NCBI GenBank assembly: GCA_049521795.1
Contig: JBEKOM010000001.1
Span: 192,001 to 256,000, forward strand
Source of the DNA: Candidatus Bathyarchaeia archaeon
GTDB taxonomy: Archaea > Thermoproteota > Bathyarchaeia > Bathyarchaeales > Bathycorpusculaceae
Length of the DNA: 64,000 nt
Reading direction: 5' to 3'
Shown here: positions 50,265-59,375 of the stretch, in pieces
Layout of the letters: each line of letters opens with the position of its first letter
Numbering within the stretch: the first letter of the stretch is position 1
Made by a program: the position numbers and the translations under genes
Notes under the pieces: model-generated
Seen by the model: only the letters and a program-made list of their open reading frames with translations
Told to the model about the DNA's origin: nothing
Database searches by the model: none

Positions 50265-50375
50265 GCGGGGGTACCCGAGCCAGGTCTAAATAGGCGGGCC
50301 AGAAGCCTAAGACAAGGGGGAGGACTTAAGATCCTCTGGCGAAGGCCTCCGTGGGTTCGAATCCCACCCCCCGCA
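50265..50375 (+). tRNA. tRNA-Leu(TAA) with 26-nt D-loop intron (50290-50315)
   Basis: GCGGGGG acceptor strand, GAGGA-CTTAAGA-TCCTC anticodon arm, long variable arm, BHB-type GTCT-AAA-TAGGC...GCCTA-AGAC-AAG. Confidence 0.92.
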
Positions 50376-50425
50376 CCTTTTCATTACGCGCTGGAAGAAC
50401 CCACTTGTCACTTCGGAACAATCGG

Positions 50426-51994
50426 TTATGGGTAGTGTTGTAGGAAGTGGTTTGCGAGAATTATTGCGTCTAAGACGTTTACTATGTTGTCGCTGTTCAG
50501 GTCTGCGTTCGGGTTCCAAGCTGGATTGCGCGATGTTAGAAGGAAGGAGTCAGCTAATGTTGCGGCATCCAATTGGTTCACTGTTCCGTCGCCGTTGATG
50601 TCGCCTAGAATGCTTCTAAGATCGAAGGTCAAGGATGCTGAGACATTTTGTCCAAGATAGTTTGAGTTTACGTGCACAGTGTAGTTGCCTAATTCTGTTA
50701 GATCTGTGAGAACAAATGTGGAGTTGTATGTGCCCTGTGTGTCTGTGAAAGGAGCTGCAGTGACGACAGTGTCATTCTTGAGATTTTGAACTTCCATCGT
50801 CACTGACACTTGTGGCACGGGGGATCCGTAGTACGTCAGGTTTCCCTGTACGAGTATCTGCTCGCCTACGTGATAGATCGTCCTGTCCGTTCCTACTGTT
50901 ATTTGGAGCACTGTGATTTTGTAGAAGCCGTCGACCGAAGCAGTCTGGTTGACGGCATTGCCAAGCGTGTCCTCAATCCTTGTGTCGTAGAGGTGCAGTG
51001 GACAAGTCAAAGCGTTCGGAAACAATGCTTGCATCGTCGCGTTGAACTGGATTATTGCCACTGCTCCAGAGCCTTGTGGCCACGGGGGATGCAATGTTCC
51101 GTTTACATCGGGATTCACAACAATGCGAAGCTGAATGTAAGTGAGGTTAACGAGTTGCGTAAGCGATGTTCCCTGGTTTGGCGCAGCTCCGTATGAAGGC
51201 AACCACGGTCCCTCCCAAACGTTCAATACTTGCAGTATCGTACTGTTGTAGCCCAGCTTGAATTCGAAGCCTACGGCTTCCCAGCCAGGGTCTAGGCTGT
51301 TGACTTTGACGCTTATGTTGAAGACTTCACCGACGTTTGATGCAGTGTACGTTGGTGGGTCAACCGAGAAGAACGGGGTCATGACGGGCGGAGACCAGTT
51401 CAGCGTGTAGGTTCCGTTCAGGGTTGTAAGCGGAATTGATTTTGCGCTTATGTTACCCGCAATCGCTTCGCTGAGGCCCAAAGCGGATGACACACTGCCG
51501 CGAAAGGGGGGTGTCTTTCCAACTCTCATGGTCAACGTTGCCAGCGTAAGTTTTCCTTCAGGCGGAAAATTCGCTGTGGTTACATTAACTGGTGCGTATC
51601 CGTCACCAACTGACGCGAGGTTGTCCCTCCAAGTCTGCGCGTAGTCAGCGTAACCGCCAGTGTTGTTGAGTGCCAACTTTACGTTCCACAGGTTGCTCCA
51701 TTTAAAGACGGGCGTTACCGTGTGGAACAAGACTTCTTGTATGTCCTGGCAACTCAGCAATGTTGGATCCCATGTTAGGCGAAATTGGACACCGACGAAC
51801 CCTGTGATGTTGGCGATCGTAACATTGACCGTGAACGTGCTGCCAGAAACCATAGGCGGCGACAGCAACACGATGTCCGAGGGGTCCACAAACACCTTTG
51901 CCCCTTCCGCCGCACGAATTTGAAGCACGTTTGCGAAACTGAGAAGCGCGACCGCAACCATTAGCACTGAGAGAACTCTTACCATACTCTTCAT
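50426..51994 (-). CDS. Secreted surface protein: two cohesin-like domains, Ig-like domain, dockerin
   Basis: Signal peptide; F.V.V...F.L.(W/Y)D/N...L twice; GDINGDGTVN.LD...ADLNSD.IVN.LD. Confidence 0.8.
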   Translation of the reverse strand: MKSMVRVLSVLMVAVALLSFANVLQIRAAEGAKVFVDPSDIVLLSPPMVSGSTFTVNVTIANITGFVGVQFRLTWDPTLLSCQDIQEVLFHTVTPVFKWSNLWNVKLALNNTGGYADYAQTWRDNLASVGDGYAPVNVTTANFPPEGKLTLATLTMRVGKTPPFRGSVSSALGLSEAIAGNISAKSIPLTTLNGTYTLNWSPPVMTPFFSVDPPTYTASNVGEVFNISVKVNSLDPGWEAVGFEFKLGYNSTILQVLNVWEGPWLPSYGAAPNQGTSLTQLVNLTYIQLRIVVNPDVNGTLHPPWPQGSGAVAIIQFNATMQALFPNALTCPLHLYDTRIEDTLGNAVNQTASVDGFYKITVLQITVGTDRTIYHVGEQILVQGNLTYYGSPVPQVSVTMEVQNLKNDTVVTAAPFTDTQGTYNSTFVLTDLTELGNYTVHVNSNYLGQNVSASLTFDLRSILGDINGDGTVNQLDAATLADSFLLTSRNPAWNPNADLNSDNIVNVLDAIILANHFLQHYP

Positions 51995-52213
51995 TCTGGC
52001 TCATCATATTCTTCTGTGCAACATAGCAAATATTGCTTTTGGATAAATCCTTCAAAGCTTTTCTTATCAGAGAAGAGATAAATTGCGGCAGAGATCACTC
52101 AGCCGAGTGGAATCCGGGTCCCATCGCCTTCACGCTGAAGAAATCAGCGGAAAGAAGCTTAAGAACGACCTCACTCGATAGTTAGGAAAAGCAAGAGAAG
52201 CACGGGTGTCACG

Positions 52214-53179
52214 ATGGCCATAAACGACCTGACGTGTTCAACGATTCTGAGGCTTAGACCGGTTCCGCCGTACGACTTTGTCCTTTCGGTCCACAAGCCC
52301 GCAGGATGGGCCTTGTTGACACCGTTTGAAATATTCGAGAAAGGCGTGCTGTGGACTGCCGTGCGAACGCCTTCAGGAAACGTGCTCGGGTTGAAACTGA
52401 AGTCCTTCGGCACCGTTGAAAGGCCGGAGATATCTTGCGAGACGTACTCTCGAAGAAAGCTTGGATCGAGCGAAACAAAAGAGCTGTCGGAAACCGCAGC
52501 GTGGACGCTGAACCTCAGCGAAGACATCAGTCAGTTCTACATGCTTGCCGAGCATGACCCGTTGGTCAAAGCGTTGGTGAAAGACCTGTACGGAATGAGG
52601 AACACGAGACAGCCTGACATTTTCCCGCGGCTCATCTTGGCCGTGACTCTGCAGATGGCTCCGATATCCAGGAGCAACCAGATGATGGACTTGCTGATCA
52701 AGGAGCACGGCGAAAGAGTAAGGTTCGATGGAAAAGACGTTCTTTACTGGCCCTCTCCAGAGAGGATTGCTAGCACCACGGTTAGAGAACTTGAGAAAAG
52801 ATGCAAGCTCGGTTACCGGGCGAAATCTCTCCGAGGCATAGCCGATGCTATACGCAGGGGTTTCCCATTGCCTCAAGAACTTGAGAAGATGACGGAACAA
52901 GAGGCAAAAGCCAAGCTTATGGAACTCAAAGGCATAGGCGAATACTCCGCGGACATTGTTTCTCCTCACCCTGGATTCGCGCTGGACGTTTGGAGCGCAA
53001 AAATATTCAGCCTGCTCATCCTCGGCGAAGAAGCGGAGTCGCCGCGCAGCGTGATTCCGAAGCTCAAGAAGATCGCTGAGGACAGGTGGGGCCAGTGGAG
53101 AGGCTACGTCTTCATGTACGTGCTTCACGACCTGACCAACTTGTCAAACAGATTCAACCTAGATCTTAAGCGATTCTAA
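52214..53179 (+). CDS. HhH-GPD DNA glycosylase (AlkA-like)
   Basis: LGYRAK, L..LKGIG.YSAD, LDVW. Confidence 0.85.
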   Translation: MAINDLTCSTILRLRPVPPYDFVLSVHKPAGWALLTPFEIFEKGVLWTAVRTPSGNVLGLKLKSFGTVERPEISCETYSRRKLGSSETKELSETAAWTLNLSEDISQFYMLAEHDPLVKALVKDLYGMRNTRQPDIFPRLILAVTLQMAPISRSNQMMDLLIKEHGERVRFDGKDVLYWPSPERIASTTVRELEKRCKLGYRAKSLRGIADAIRRGFPLPQELEKMTEQEAKAKLMELKGIGEYSADIVSPHPGFALDVWSAKIFSLLILGEEAESPRSVIPKLKKIAEDRWGQWRGYVFMYVLHDLTNLSNRFNLDLKRF

Positions 53180-53361
53180 ACACGACAGACGTGACGGCTT
53201 CAGTGCTCCGCTAGTCTTCATCGGAGAGAGGAGCAACGCACACGTTACAGTTACTTTGCGTGATGAGTGCCACTACAAGTGGACCGAGAACTGTTCTTAG
53301 CTAAGAGCAGAAGCTTTACGTTGGGGACAACCAATTCCACAAGCGGATAACAAACAGGCTC

Positions 53362-53703
53362 ATGGGGCAAGAAAGCAGATTGAACACAGAAACAAGGCAA
53401 ATAGCAAGACAGCGCATCCAGACGCTCTTCAACCTAGCAAGGGAAATCGTTCACGAAGACCCTGCCCTAGCCCAACATTACGTGGACACGGCGAGAAAGA
53501 TAGCCATGGCCGCAAAGATTCGCCTAGCGAACGGGTACAGACGCCAAGTCTGCAAGCATTGTAAAGGCTTTATGCTGCCGGGTGTAAGCTGCCGTGTGCG
53601 ACTGAAACAGAGACGGGAACCCCACGTGGTGATCACTTGCCTGAGATGCGGCGGACAGACAAGAATACCGCTAGTGAAGAGAAAGGAGAAGCTGAAAACG
53701 TGA
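53362..53703 (+). CDS. rnp4: RNase P protein Rpp21
   Basis: IA..RI..L, A..Y...A..I, CKHC, CLRCG. Confidence 0.93.
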   Translation: MGQESRLNTETRQIARQRIQTLFNLAREIVHEDPALAQHYVDTARKIAMAAKIRLANGYRRQVCKHCKGFMLPGVSCRVRLKQRREPHVVITCLRCGGQTRIPLVKRKEKLKT

Positions 53704-53988
53704 GCAAGCCGACGGCTGCAAAGAAACGATTGATTAGAAGGAAGCTCCGAGGAAAAACCCACGGTGTGGGTTGGCAAAGGAGGAGCCTCAGCAGAGTTGC
53801 TTAAGGAAATCGATAAACAACTGGCGAAAAAGGAGATTGTAAAAGCAAGAATCTTGAAGAGCGCCCTGTCTGAACGCGAAGCTAGGCAGGTTGCTTCAAG
53901 AATCGCTGACCAGACTGAAGCATCGTTGGTAGAATCTAGGGGCCACACGTTTGCACTTTACAGACCGAGCGACCAGGAAAAGCTCTAG
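53700..53988 (+). pseudogene. YhbY/CRM RNA-binding protein with an apparent frameshift near 53747
   Basis: GTG 53700 gives MSKPTAAKKRLIRRKL; SEEKPTVWVGKGG...RGHTFALYR continues in another frame. Confidence 0.7.
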
Positions 53989-53995
53989 TGCTTGG

Positions 53996-54418
53996 TCATT
54001 TCGGCTCCTGTGAACTGCCTTCACCGGAGAGCTTCTTCTCGAATTCAGCTTTCAAGCATGTGAGGTTCTCAGTAACCTTCTCCTTTTTTACCTGCTTAGG
54101 AAACGTTTGAAACGCCACTGAAAGAAGGTCTTGCCTCTTCCATCGTTCGTAACGCCTGTGGAACGATTTTACAAAAGTCCCAAGAACCTGCTGGTCTAAA
54201 TCTCTCGTCTTATCCTCGCTCATAGTCTCGTTCGCCTTCTCCTTCTCCTTGATGTCGATAACGCTAGTCTGAATAAAAGGCGTTCTTCCCAAACTCGCAA
54301 TATTTTTTTCCAGAAACAGCGCTGGCTTTTGATCACAAGTTGCGTTCACCCCTCCCTTCTCACACGAGCCTTCATCGTCAACGAAGGCAAACTGAGGTCC
54401 ATCAATAACGTCTATCAT
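53996..54418 (-). CDS. Hypothetical protein
   Basis: ORF filling the gap between yhbY and rps19e; no motif recognised. Confidence 0.45.
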   Translation of the reverse strand: MIDVIDGPQFAFVDDEGSCEKGGVNATCDQKPALFLEKNIASLGRTPFIQTSVIDIKEKEKANETMSEDKTRDLDQQVLGTFVKSFHRRYERWKRQDLLSVAFQTFPKQVKKEKVTENLTCLKAEFEKKLSGEGSSQEPK

Positions 54419-54540
54419 CAAAAAACGAATGTAAAAAGAGGAGTTGTGAAGATAGCCAAGCGACGTGAGTCGTGGGCCAGACAATATTTATATTCGGCGT
54501 CATGATTTTACTGAAGGAAACCTCAAGAGGACAAGAAGCA

Positions 54541-55008
54541 TTGGTCACCCCAAACGACGTCCCAGCATCTAAACTAATCGAAAGAGTAGCGAAGTACCTG
54601 AAGGAAAACGTGGACGCGGTAACGCCGCCACCATGGGCGGCCATCGTGAAGACGGGTGTTCACGTGCAGCAGCAGCCTCAGAACCCAGACTGGTGGTACG
54701 TCAGGTGCGCCTCGATACTGCGAAAGCTCTACGTTCACGGCCCGGTGGGCATCCAAGAACTGAGGGCTAATTATGGTGGGAGAAAGAGCAGAGGCGTCAA
54801 ACCTCGGCGTGCAGCAAAGGCAGGCGGTTCGATAATAAGAAAGGCGCTGCAGCAGCTTGAAGTTGCAGGCTACGTTGAAACAGTGAAGCCGCGCGGCAGA
54901 AAGGTGACGCCTGCCGGATTGAAACTTTTGAAGGAATTGACTGAAGAAATAGGCGGAGAAATGGTCAAGGAGCTTCCGGAACTCCAGAAGTACCTGAAAG
55001 GTGAGTGA
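54541..55008 (+). CDS. rps19e: 30S ribosomal protein S19e
   Basis: DVP..LI, P.W..VKTG, WWY.R.ASI.RK.Y, YGG, LQQLE; start TTG 54541. Confidence 0.95.
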   Translation: MVTPNDVPASKLIERVAKYLKENVDAVTPPPWAAIVKTGVHVQQQPQNPDWWYVRCASILRKLYVHGPVGIQELRANYGGRKSRGVKPRRAAKAGGSIIRKALQQLEVAGYVETVKPRGRKVTPAGLKLLKELTEEIGGEMVKELPELQKYLKGE

Positions 55009-55339
55009 TTTGTCAGAGGAAGAGCTGGAGGAGCTTCGCAGAAGAAGACTTTCAGCTCTGCAGAGGCAGATGGGTGATGAACAGCGGGGCGTGCAGGCTG
55101 AGCAGCAGCTGGAACAGCAGAAGCAGGCGCTGCTGAGAAGCATACTGACGCCGGAAGCCAGACAGAGACTGGCGAACCTTAAGATGGTTAGGCCGGATTT
55201 CACTGCACAGCTGGAGCTTCAACTGATCCAGTTGGCGCAGCAGAGAAAAGTGCCTGTACCCCTAACGGACGAGCAGCTGAAGAAGATACTCATTCAACTC
55301 CAAGCTCGCAAGCGTGAGACTACGATAACGAGAAGATGA
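55001..55339 (+). CDS. PDCD5-like dsDNA-binding protein
   Basis: ELEE.R...L, LT.EAR.RL.N...V.P; conserved position. Confidence 0.92.
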   Translation: MSDLSEEELEELRRRRLSALQRQMGDEQRGVQAEQQLEQQKQALLRSILTPEARQRLANLKMVRPDFTAQLELQLIQLAQQRKVPVPLTDEQLKKILIQLQARKRETTITRR

Positions 55340-55341
55340 AG

Positions 55342-55497
55342 ATGACTCGAAACAAACCGACAGCAAAAAAACGCAGGCTTGCCAAAGCGGGAAAGCAGAA
55401 GAAACCCGTTCCCTCATGGGCTATAGCCAGAACAGCCGGAAAATTCAGAGTCCACCCCAAGAGGAGACAGTGGCGAACAAGGAAAATAAGGGCGTAG
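55342..55497 (+). CDS. rpl39e: 50S ribosomal protein L39e
   Basis: Manual translation MTRNKPTAKKRRLAKAGKQKKPVPSWAIARTAGKFRVHPKRRQWRTRKIRA. Confidence 0.93.
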   Translation: MTRNKPTAKKRRLAKAGKQKKPVPSWAIARTAGKFRVHPKRRQWRTRKIRA

Positions 55498-55508
55498 GAG
55501 AACGCTTC

Positions 55509-56051
55509 ATGGAGAAAGAGAACGAAAAACAAACTTTGAAGGCCGAGGAGAAGCAGAAAGAACCTGCCGAAACCATGGAGGAGCAGGAGCTGGAGGAAGA
55601 GGCGGAAGAAGAAGCGGAGGAAGCGCCTGAAGAAGAAGTGCAGCCGGTTCCACCGGAAGAAGCAGGCGCCGAAGCGAAAGAAGAAGAGGTACCTGCACCT
55701 GTCGAAGAAGAGGAAGCAAAACCGCCCGCTGAAAAAGAGAAGCCTGAAGAAGAGATAGTTGAGGAGCGAATCTACACGGTTCCGCTGGGCAAAGCTCGGA
55801 TCGTGCCCGCTAACAAGAGAAGCTCGAGGGCAGTGCGGATGCTCAGGAGCTTCATAATCAAGCACATGAAGCTGGAGGCACGCAAGGAAGGAGAGGCAGA
55901 AGAGGAAGAGCCCAAGCGGCTTATCATAAGCAATGAAGTTAACGAGAAGATGTGGAAGAGAGGGATAGAGAAACCTCCGAGAAAAATCCGTGTTCGAGCC
56001 GCAAAGGACAAAGAAGGAAATGTGACGGTTTACTTGGCTGAAGGAGACTAG
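55509..56051 (+). CDS. rpl31e: 50S ribosomal protein L31e with long acidic N-terminal extension
   Basis: ERIYTVPL, R..RAV, VNE..W.RG.EKPP.KIRV; start 55509. Confidence 0.92.
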   Translation: MEKENEKQTLKAEEKQKEPAETMEEQELEEEAEEEAEEAPEEEVQPVPPEEAGAEAKEEEVPAPVEEEEAKPPAEKEKPEEEIVEERIYTVPLGKARIVPANKRSSRAVRMLRSFIIKHMKLEARKEGEAEEEEPKRLIISNEVNEKMWKRGIEKPPRKIRVRAAKDKEGNVTVYLAEGD

Positions 56052-56054
56052 TCC

Positions 56055-56762
56055 TTGGCCATTTACCTGTCAAGCCTTTTGGGAAGCGCAAGCATAGGTG
56101 TTTACTCCCTCGTCACCGACAGAATCTTCATAGCTCCATGCTCAGTGCCCATTACGAAAGCCGAAAGGCTCAGTCAATGGATGAAAACAAAGCTGGCCCG
56201 CACGTCAATCGGAGGAACAATCCTCGCCGGAGCACTCGCGTGCGCAAACTCCAACGGCATCCTGCTACCAAAACTCATAAGAGAAGAAGAACTCACGGTC
56301 CTACGACGATGTTTTGAAGGAAACATAACCGTGATGGACACCAAAAAAACCGCCTACGGAAACCTTGTCCTCGCCAACGACCACGGCGCCATAGTGGACC
56401 CCCGGTTCAAAAGCCCAGAAATACAGGAGATTTCCGAAACTCTGGGCGTCGAAGTTGCACGAGGCGAAATCGCAGGCCTGCCATACGTAGGTTCGCTGGC
56501 CGTTGCAACGAACAAAGGAGTTCTAGCACATCCGCTGTTGAAAGACTCGGAGCGCAAACTTCTTGAAGACCTGCTGAAAGTCCCAGTCGACGTCGGCACC
56601 ATCAACTGCGGCATCCCATACGTAGGCACAGGCTTGATCTGCAACGGACACGCGGCCATCGCAGGGTTACTCACAACCGGACCCGAGATATTTATAATAG
56701 GCAATGCACTGGATGTTGTAAAAGAGGATGACCAAGTTGAAAGTCTACAGAGTAACCGGTGA
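56055..56762 (+). CDS. eif6: Translation initiation factor 6
   Basis: IGVY, NSNG, GN...ND.GA, VGS, GTIN.G..VG. Confidence 0.95.
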   Translation: MAIYLSSLLGSASIGVYSLVTDRIFIAPCSVPITKAERLSQWMKTKLARTSIGGTILAGALACANSNGILLPKLIREEELTVLRRCFEGNITVMDTKKTAYGNLVLANDHGAIVDPRFKSPEIQEISETLGVEVARGEIAGLPYVGSLAVATNKGVLAHPLLKDSERKLLEDLLKVPVDVGTINCGIPYVGTGLICNGHAAIAGLLTTGPEIFIIGNALDVVKEDDQVESLQSNR

Positions 56763-56985
56763 AGTTCTGAAGCCTAACCTAAAAAGCTCGTTCAGAAAAG
56801 AGATACTGGCTGAAAAGCCCGAGCACGCCAAGGAAAAAGTCTACGCAGAATTGGGCAGCAGACACCGAGTGAAGCGTTTTCACATCAAGATAACAAGCAT
56901 CGAAGAGGTTTCGCCAGAGAACATTGAGAACCCGCTGTTGAAGAAGTTCGTCACAGGAGAAGAAGAAGTTGGCAAGCAAGAGTGA
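56728..56985 (+). CDS. rpl18a: 50S ribosomal protein L18Ae/LX
   Basis: K.YRV.G, F.KE, EK.Y..LGSRH.VKR..I.I. Confidence 0.92.
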   Translation: MTKLKVYRVTGEVLKPNLKSSFRKEILAEKPEHAKEKVYAELGSRHRVKRFHIKITSIEEVSPENIENPLLKKFVTGEEEVGKQE

Positions 56986-57406
56986 AGAAGAGCTTAGAAG
57001 ACTGACAGTGGAAATGCGACTTCTTGAACAGACGGCCGAAGCATTACAGTCAAGAGCAAACATGATAAACGCCGTCACGACCGACCTGTCCTACGCCCGC
57101 ATGACGCTGGAAGGACTTGAAAAAGAGACTGAAAAATCAGAGCTTCTCGTGCCGATAGGCGGCACGTCCTACGTCAGGGCAAGACTCGAAAACCCGGACA
57201 AGATAATCGTGGGGATGGGCGCAGGAGTCTCGGTTGAAAAAACAAGGGAAGAAGCAAAAGAAATCATCAAGAAGCGCCTAGAAGACCTAGAAAAAACCAG
57301 AGCCTCAATACAGCAGCAGTTCGCTCAAGTCGCAGAAAAGATCAACCTAGACAGAGAAAGAGCCGATGCACTCGTTGCAACGATGAGAGAAGGGAAACTG
57401 CAGTAA
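56969..57406 (+). CDS. pfdA: Prefoldin alpha subunit
   Basis: LVPIGG, V.MGAG.SVEK, coiled coils. Confidence 0.93.
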   Translation: MASKSEEELRRLTVEMRLLEQTAEALQSRANMINAVTTDLSYARMTLEGLEKETEKSELLVPIGGTSYVRARLENPDKIIVGMGAGVSVEKTREEAKEIIKKRLEDLEKTRASIQQQFAQVAEKINLDRERADALVATMREGKLQ

Positions 57407-57407
57407 A

Positions 57408-58313
57408 ATGTTTGAAAAACTCAAGTCCGGGCTGAAAGGACTTGTAACCAAAGTAACCACAACCGAGCTGAAACCCGAAAACGTGCGCCCGATACTTTCT
57501 GATTTCAAAATGAACCTCGTGGAGAACGACGTGGCTTATCCCGTGGCCGAACGAATCTGCAGCGAGATGGAGCAACGACTGAACAACGTTCAAGTCAAAA
57601 GGATAGAAGACCGAAAGAAGATCGTGGAGAAGAACCTCCGAGAAGTGCTCCTGGAGACCATGCAGACAAACAACAAGATCGACTTGCTGAAAGCCATAGA
57701 GGATAAACGCAAGAAAGCAGAACCATTCGTCATAGCTTTCGTCGGAATAAACGGCACCGGAAAAACCACAACCATCGCCAAAGTCTGTCACTTCCTCAAC
57801 AAGAACAAGTATTCAGTCGTCATAGCCTGCAGCGACACGTACCGAGCTGGCTCGATCGAACAGCTGGAAGAACACGCAAAGAGGCTCGGCACAAGGATGA
57901 TAAAACACGCGTACGGCGCAGACCCCGCAGCCGTGGCCTACGACACGATCAACCACGCCAAGGCCTACGGAATAAACGTCGTCCTAATCGACACAGCTGG
58001 AAGAATGCAGACAAATCAGAACCTAATGAACGAACTTGCAAAGATCAAACGCGTCGTGAAGCCAGACCTAACAATACTAACCGTGGATTCGCTCATCGGA
58101 AACGACGCCGTCACACAGGCAGAAGAGTTTCAGAAATGCGTCGGAATAGACGCCACCATACTGACCAAAGTGGACGCCGACGTTAAAGGCGGCTCAGCCT
58201 TAAGCGTCACGTACGTCACTCAAAAGCCAATACTGTTCATCGGAACTGGACAAAAATACGACGACCTGGAAGAGTTTAAACCGGAAACCTTCGTGCAGAT
58301 GATTCTGAGATAA
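57408..58313 (+). CDS. ftsY: SRP receptor FtsY
   Basis: G.NGTGKTT, DTYRA, DTAGR, TK.D, GTGQ.Y.DL. Confidence 0.96.
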   Translation: MFEKLKSGLKGLVTKVTTTELKPENVRPILSDFKMNLVENDVAYPVAERICSEMEQRLNNVQVKRIEDRKKIVEKNLREVLLETMQTNNKIDLLKAIEDKRKKAEPFVIAFVGINGTGKTTTIAKVCHFLNKNKYSVVIACSDTYRAGSIEQLEEHAKRLGTRMIKHAYGADPAAVAYDTINHAKAYGINVVLIDTAGRMQTNQNLMNELAKIKRVVKPDLTILTVDSLIGNDAVTQAEEFQKCVGIDATILTKVDADVKGGSALSVTYVTQKPILFIGTGQKYDDLEEFKPETFVQMILR

Positions 58314-58352
58314 TAGAGAAGACAGGTTCGCCACGTGCGAATCATCGAAAAA

Positions 58353-59267
58353 CTAGTATTTCCCCAACAGTTTCAACAGAATGGTTTTCGCAGAGTACAG
58401 CCTGTTCTCGCTCTGCTGGTATATCACCGACTTTGAGTTTTCAACGGCATCCCCGGTTATTTCGTATCCTCTGTGAATAGGCATGTCATGCATCACGTAG
58501 GCACTGCTATCCTTCAGCAACTCCTTGTTGATCTGATAAGGCATCATCAGTTTGACGCGTTTCTCCTTCGCTGCCGCAAACTTGGGATCCGTGAAGAATT
58601 CCATATCAACCCACGTGTCAGTGTAAACGAAGTCCGCGTCTCGGACAGCTTCTTTCACGTCCGTTGAGACTTCCCAGAGCCCTGTCTTCCTAGCGTTCTC
58701 CAGAAGCTCATCGTCTCTGCTTGGCTCATTGAACAAGGGCGTCACAGTGGTTATCTTGACACCGGCCTTCGTGCACCCTTCGATGAGTGAATTGCAAACG
58801 TTGTTGTGGATCCCCACGTAAACAAGCCTAACCCCCTTGAACGTTCCCTTCTTTTCCTTCACGGTGATCAAGTCGGCTATCGCTTGGCTTGGATGGTACT
58901 TCTCGTCACAACCATTAATCACCGGAACCCGAGAAGCCTTGGCCATGGTCTGCAGATCCGCGTTTCTCATCAGCCTAGCCATGATGCAGTTAACGTTTCG
59001 GGACAGATATTGAGTCTCATCACCCAGGTCCGCCAGAGCGAAGTTCGTCGTCCTCCAATCAATGAAGAGTGCGTGACCGCCAAGCTGAGTCATGGCCACT
59101 TCGAAAGAAACTCGAGTTCTGGTTGAGGTTTTCTGAAAGATCAAGGCTGACGACTTGCCTTCCAAAGCCTTTCGATAATCTTCTGAGGCGCGTTTAACCT
59201 CAATACCCTTGTCTATCATCTCTGCCAGCTGGTGACCAGTCAATTCTTTGAAATTAAGCAAATGCAC
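58353..59267 (-). CDS. argF: Ornithine carbamoyltransferase
   Basis: STRTRVSF, HP.Q, YTD.W.DM, MHDMP, ENR; probable start GTG 59267. Confidence 0.88.
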   Translation of the reverse strand: MHLLNFKELTGHQLAEMIDKGIEVKRASEDYRKALEGKSSALIFQKTSTRTRVSFEVAMTQLGGHALFIDWRTTNFALADLGDETQYLSRNVNCIMARLMRNADLQTMAKASRVPVINGCDEKYHPSQAIADLITVKEKKGTFKGVRLVYVGIHNNVCNSLIEGCTKAGVKITTVTPLFNEPSRDDELLENARKTGLWEVSTDVKEAVRDADFVYTDTWVDMEFFTDPKFAAAKEKRVKLMMPYQINKELLKDSSAYVMHDMPIHRGYEITGDAVENSKSVIYQQSENRLYSAKTILLKLLGKY

Positions 59268-59375
59268 GTTTCCACCCGTTTCCAAACTTTCAAGCGTTGA
59301 ACCACCTTCAACGATTATAAGCTTTATGGAAACCATATCTCTAGAAACTCGCAAAGTATTCCGGAAGCGCAACGT

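Noticed and set aside
50211-50519. ORFs spanning tRNA-Leu
   Set aside because: Explained by the tRNA; no coding signal
53260-53292. Hammerhead ribozyme
   Set aside because: GTGATGA...CGAGAA deviates from the required CTGATGA...GAAA core
55416-55508. Longer L31e start from the ORF track
   Set aside because: Overlaps rpl39e (55342-55497); ATG 55509 fits better
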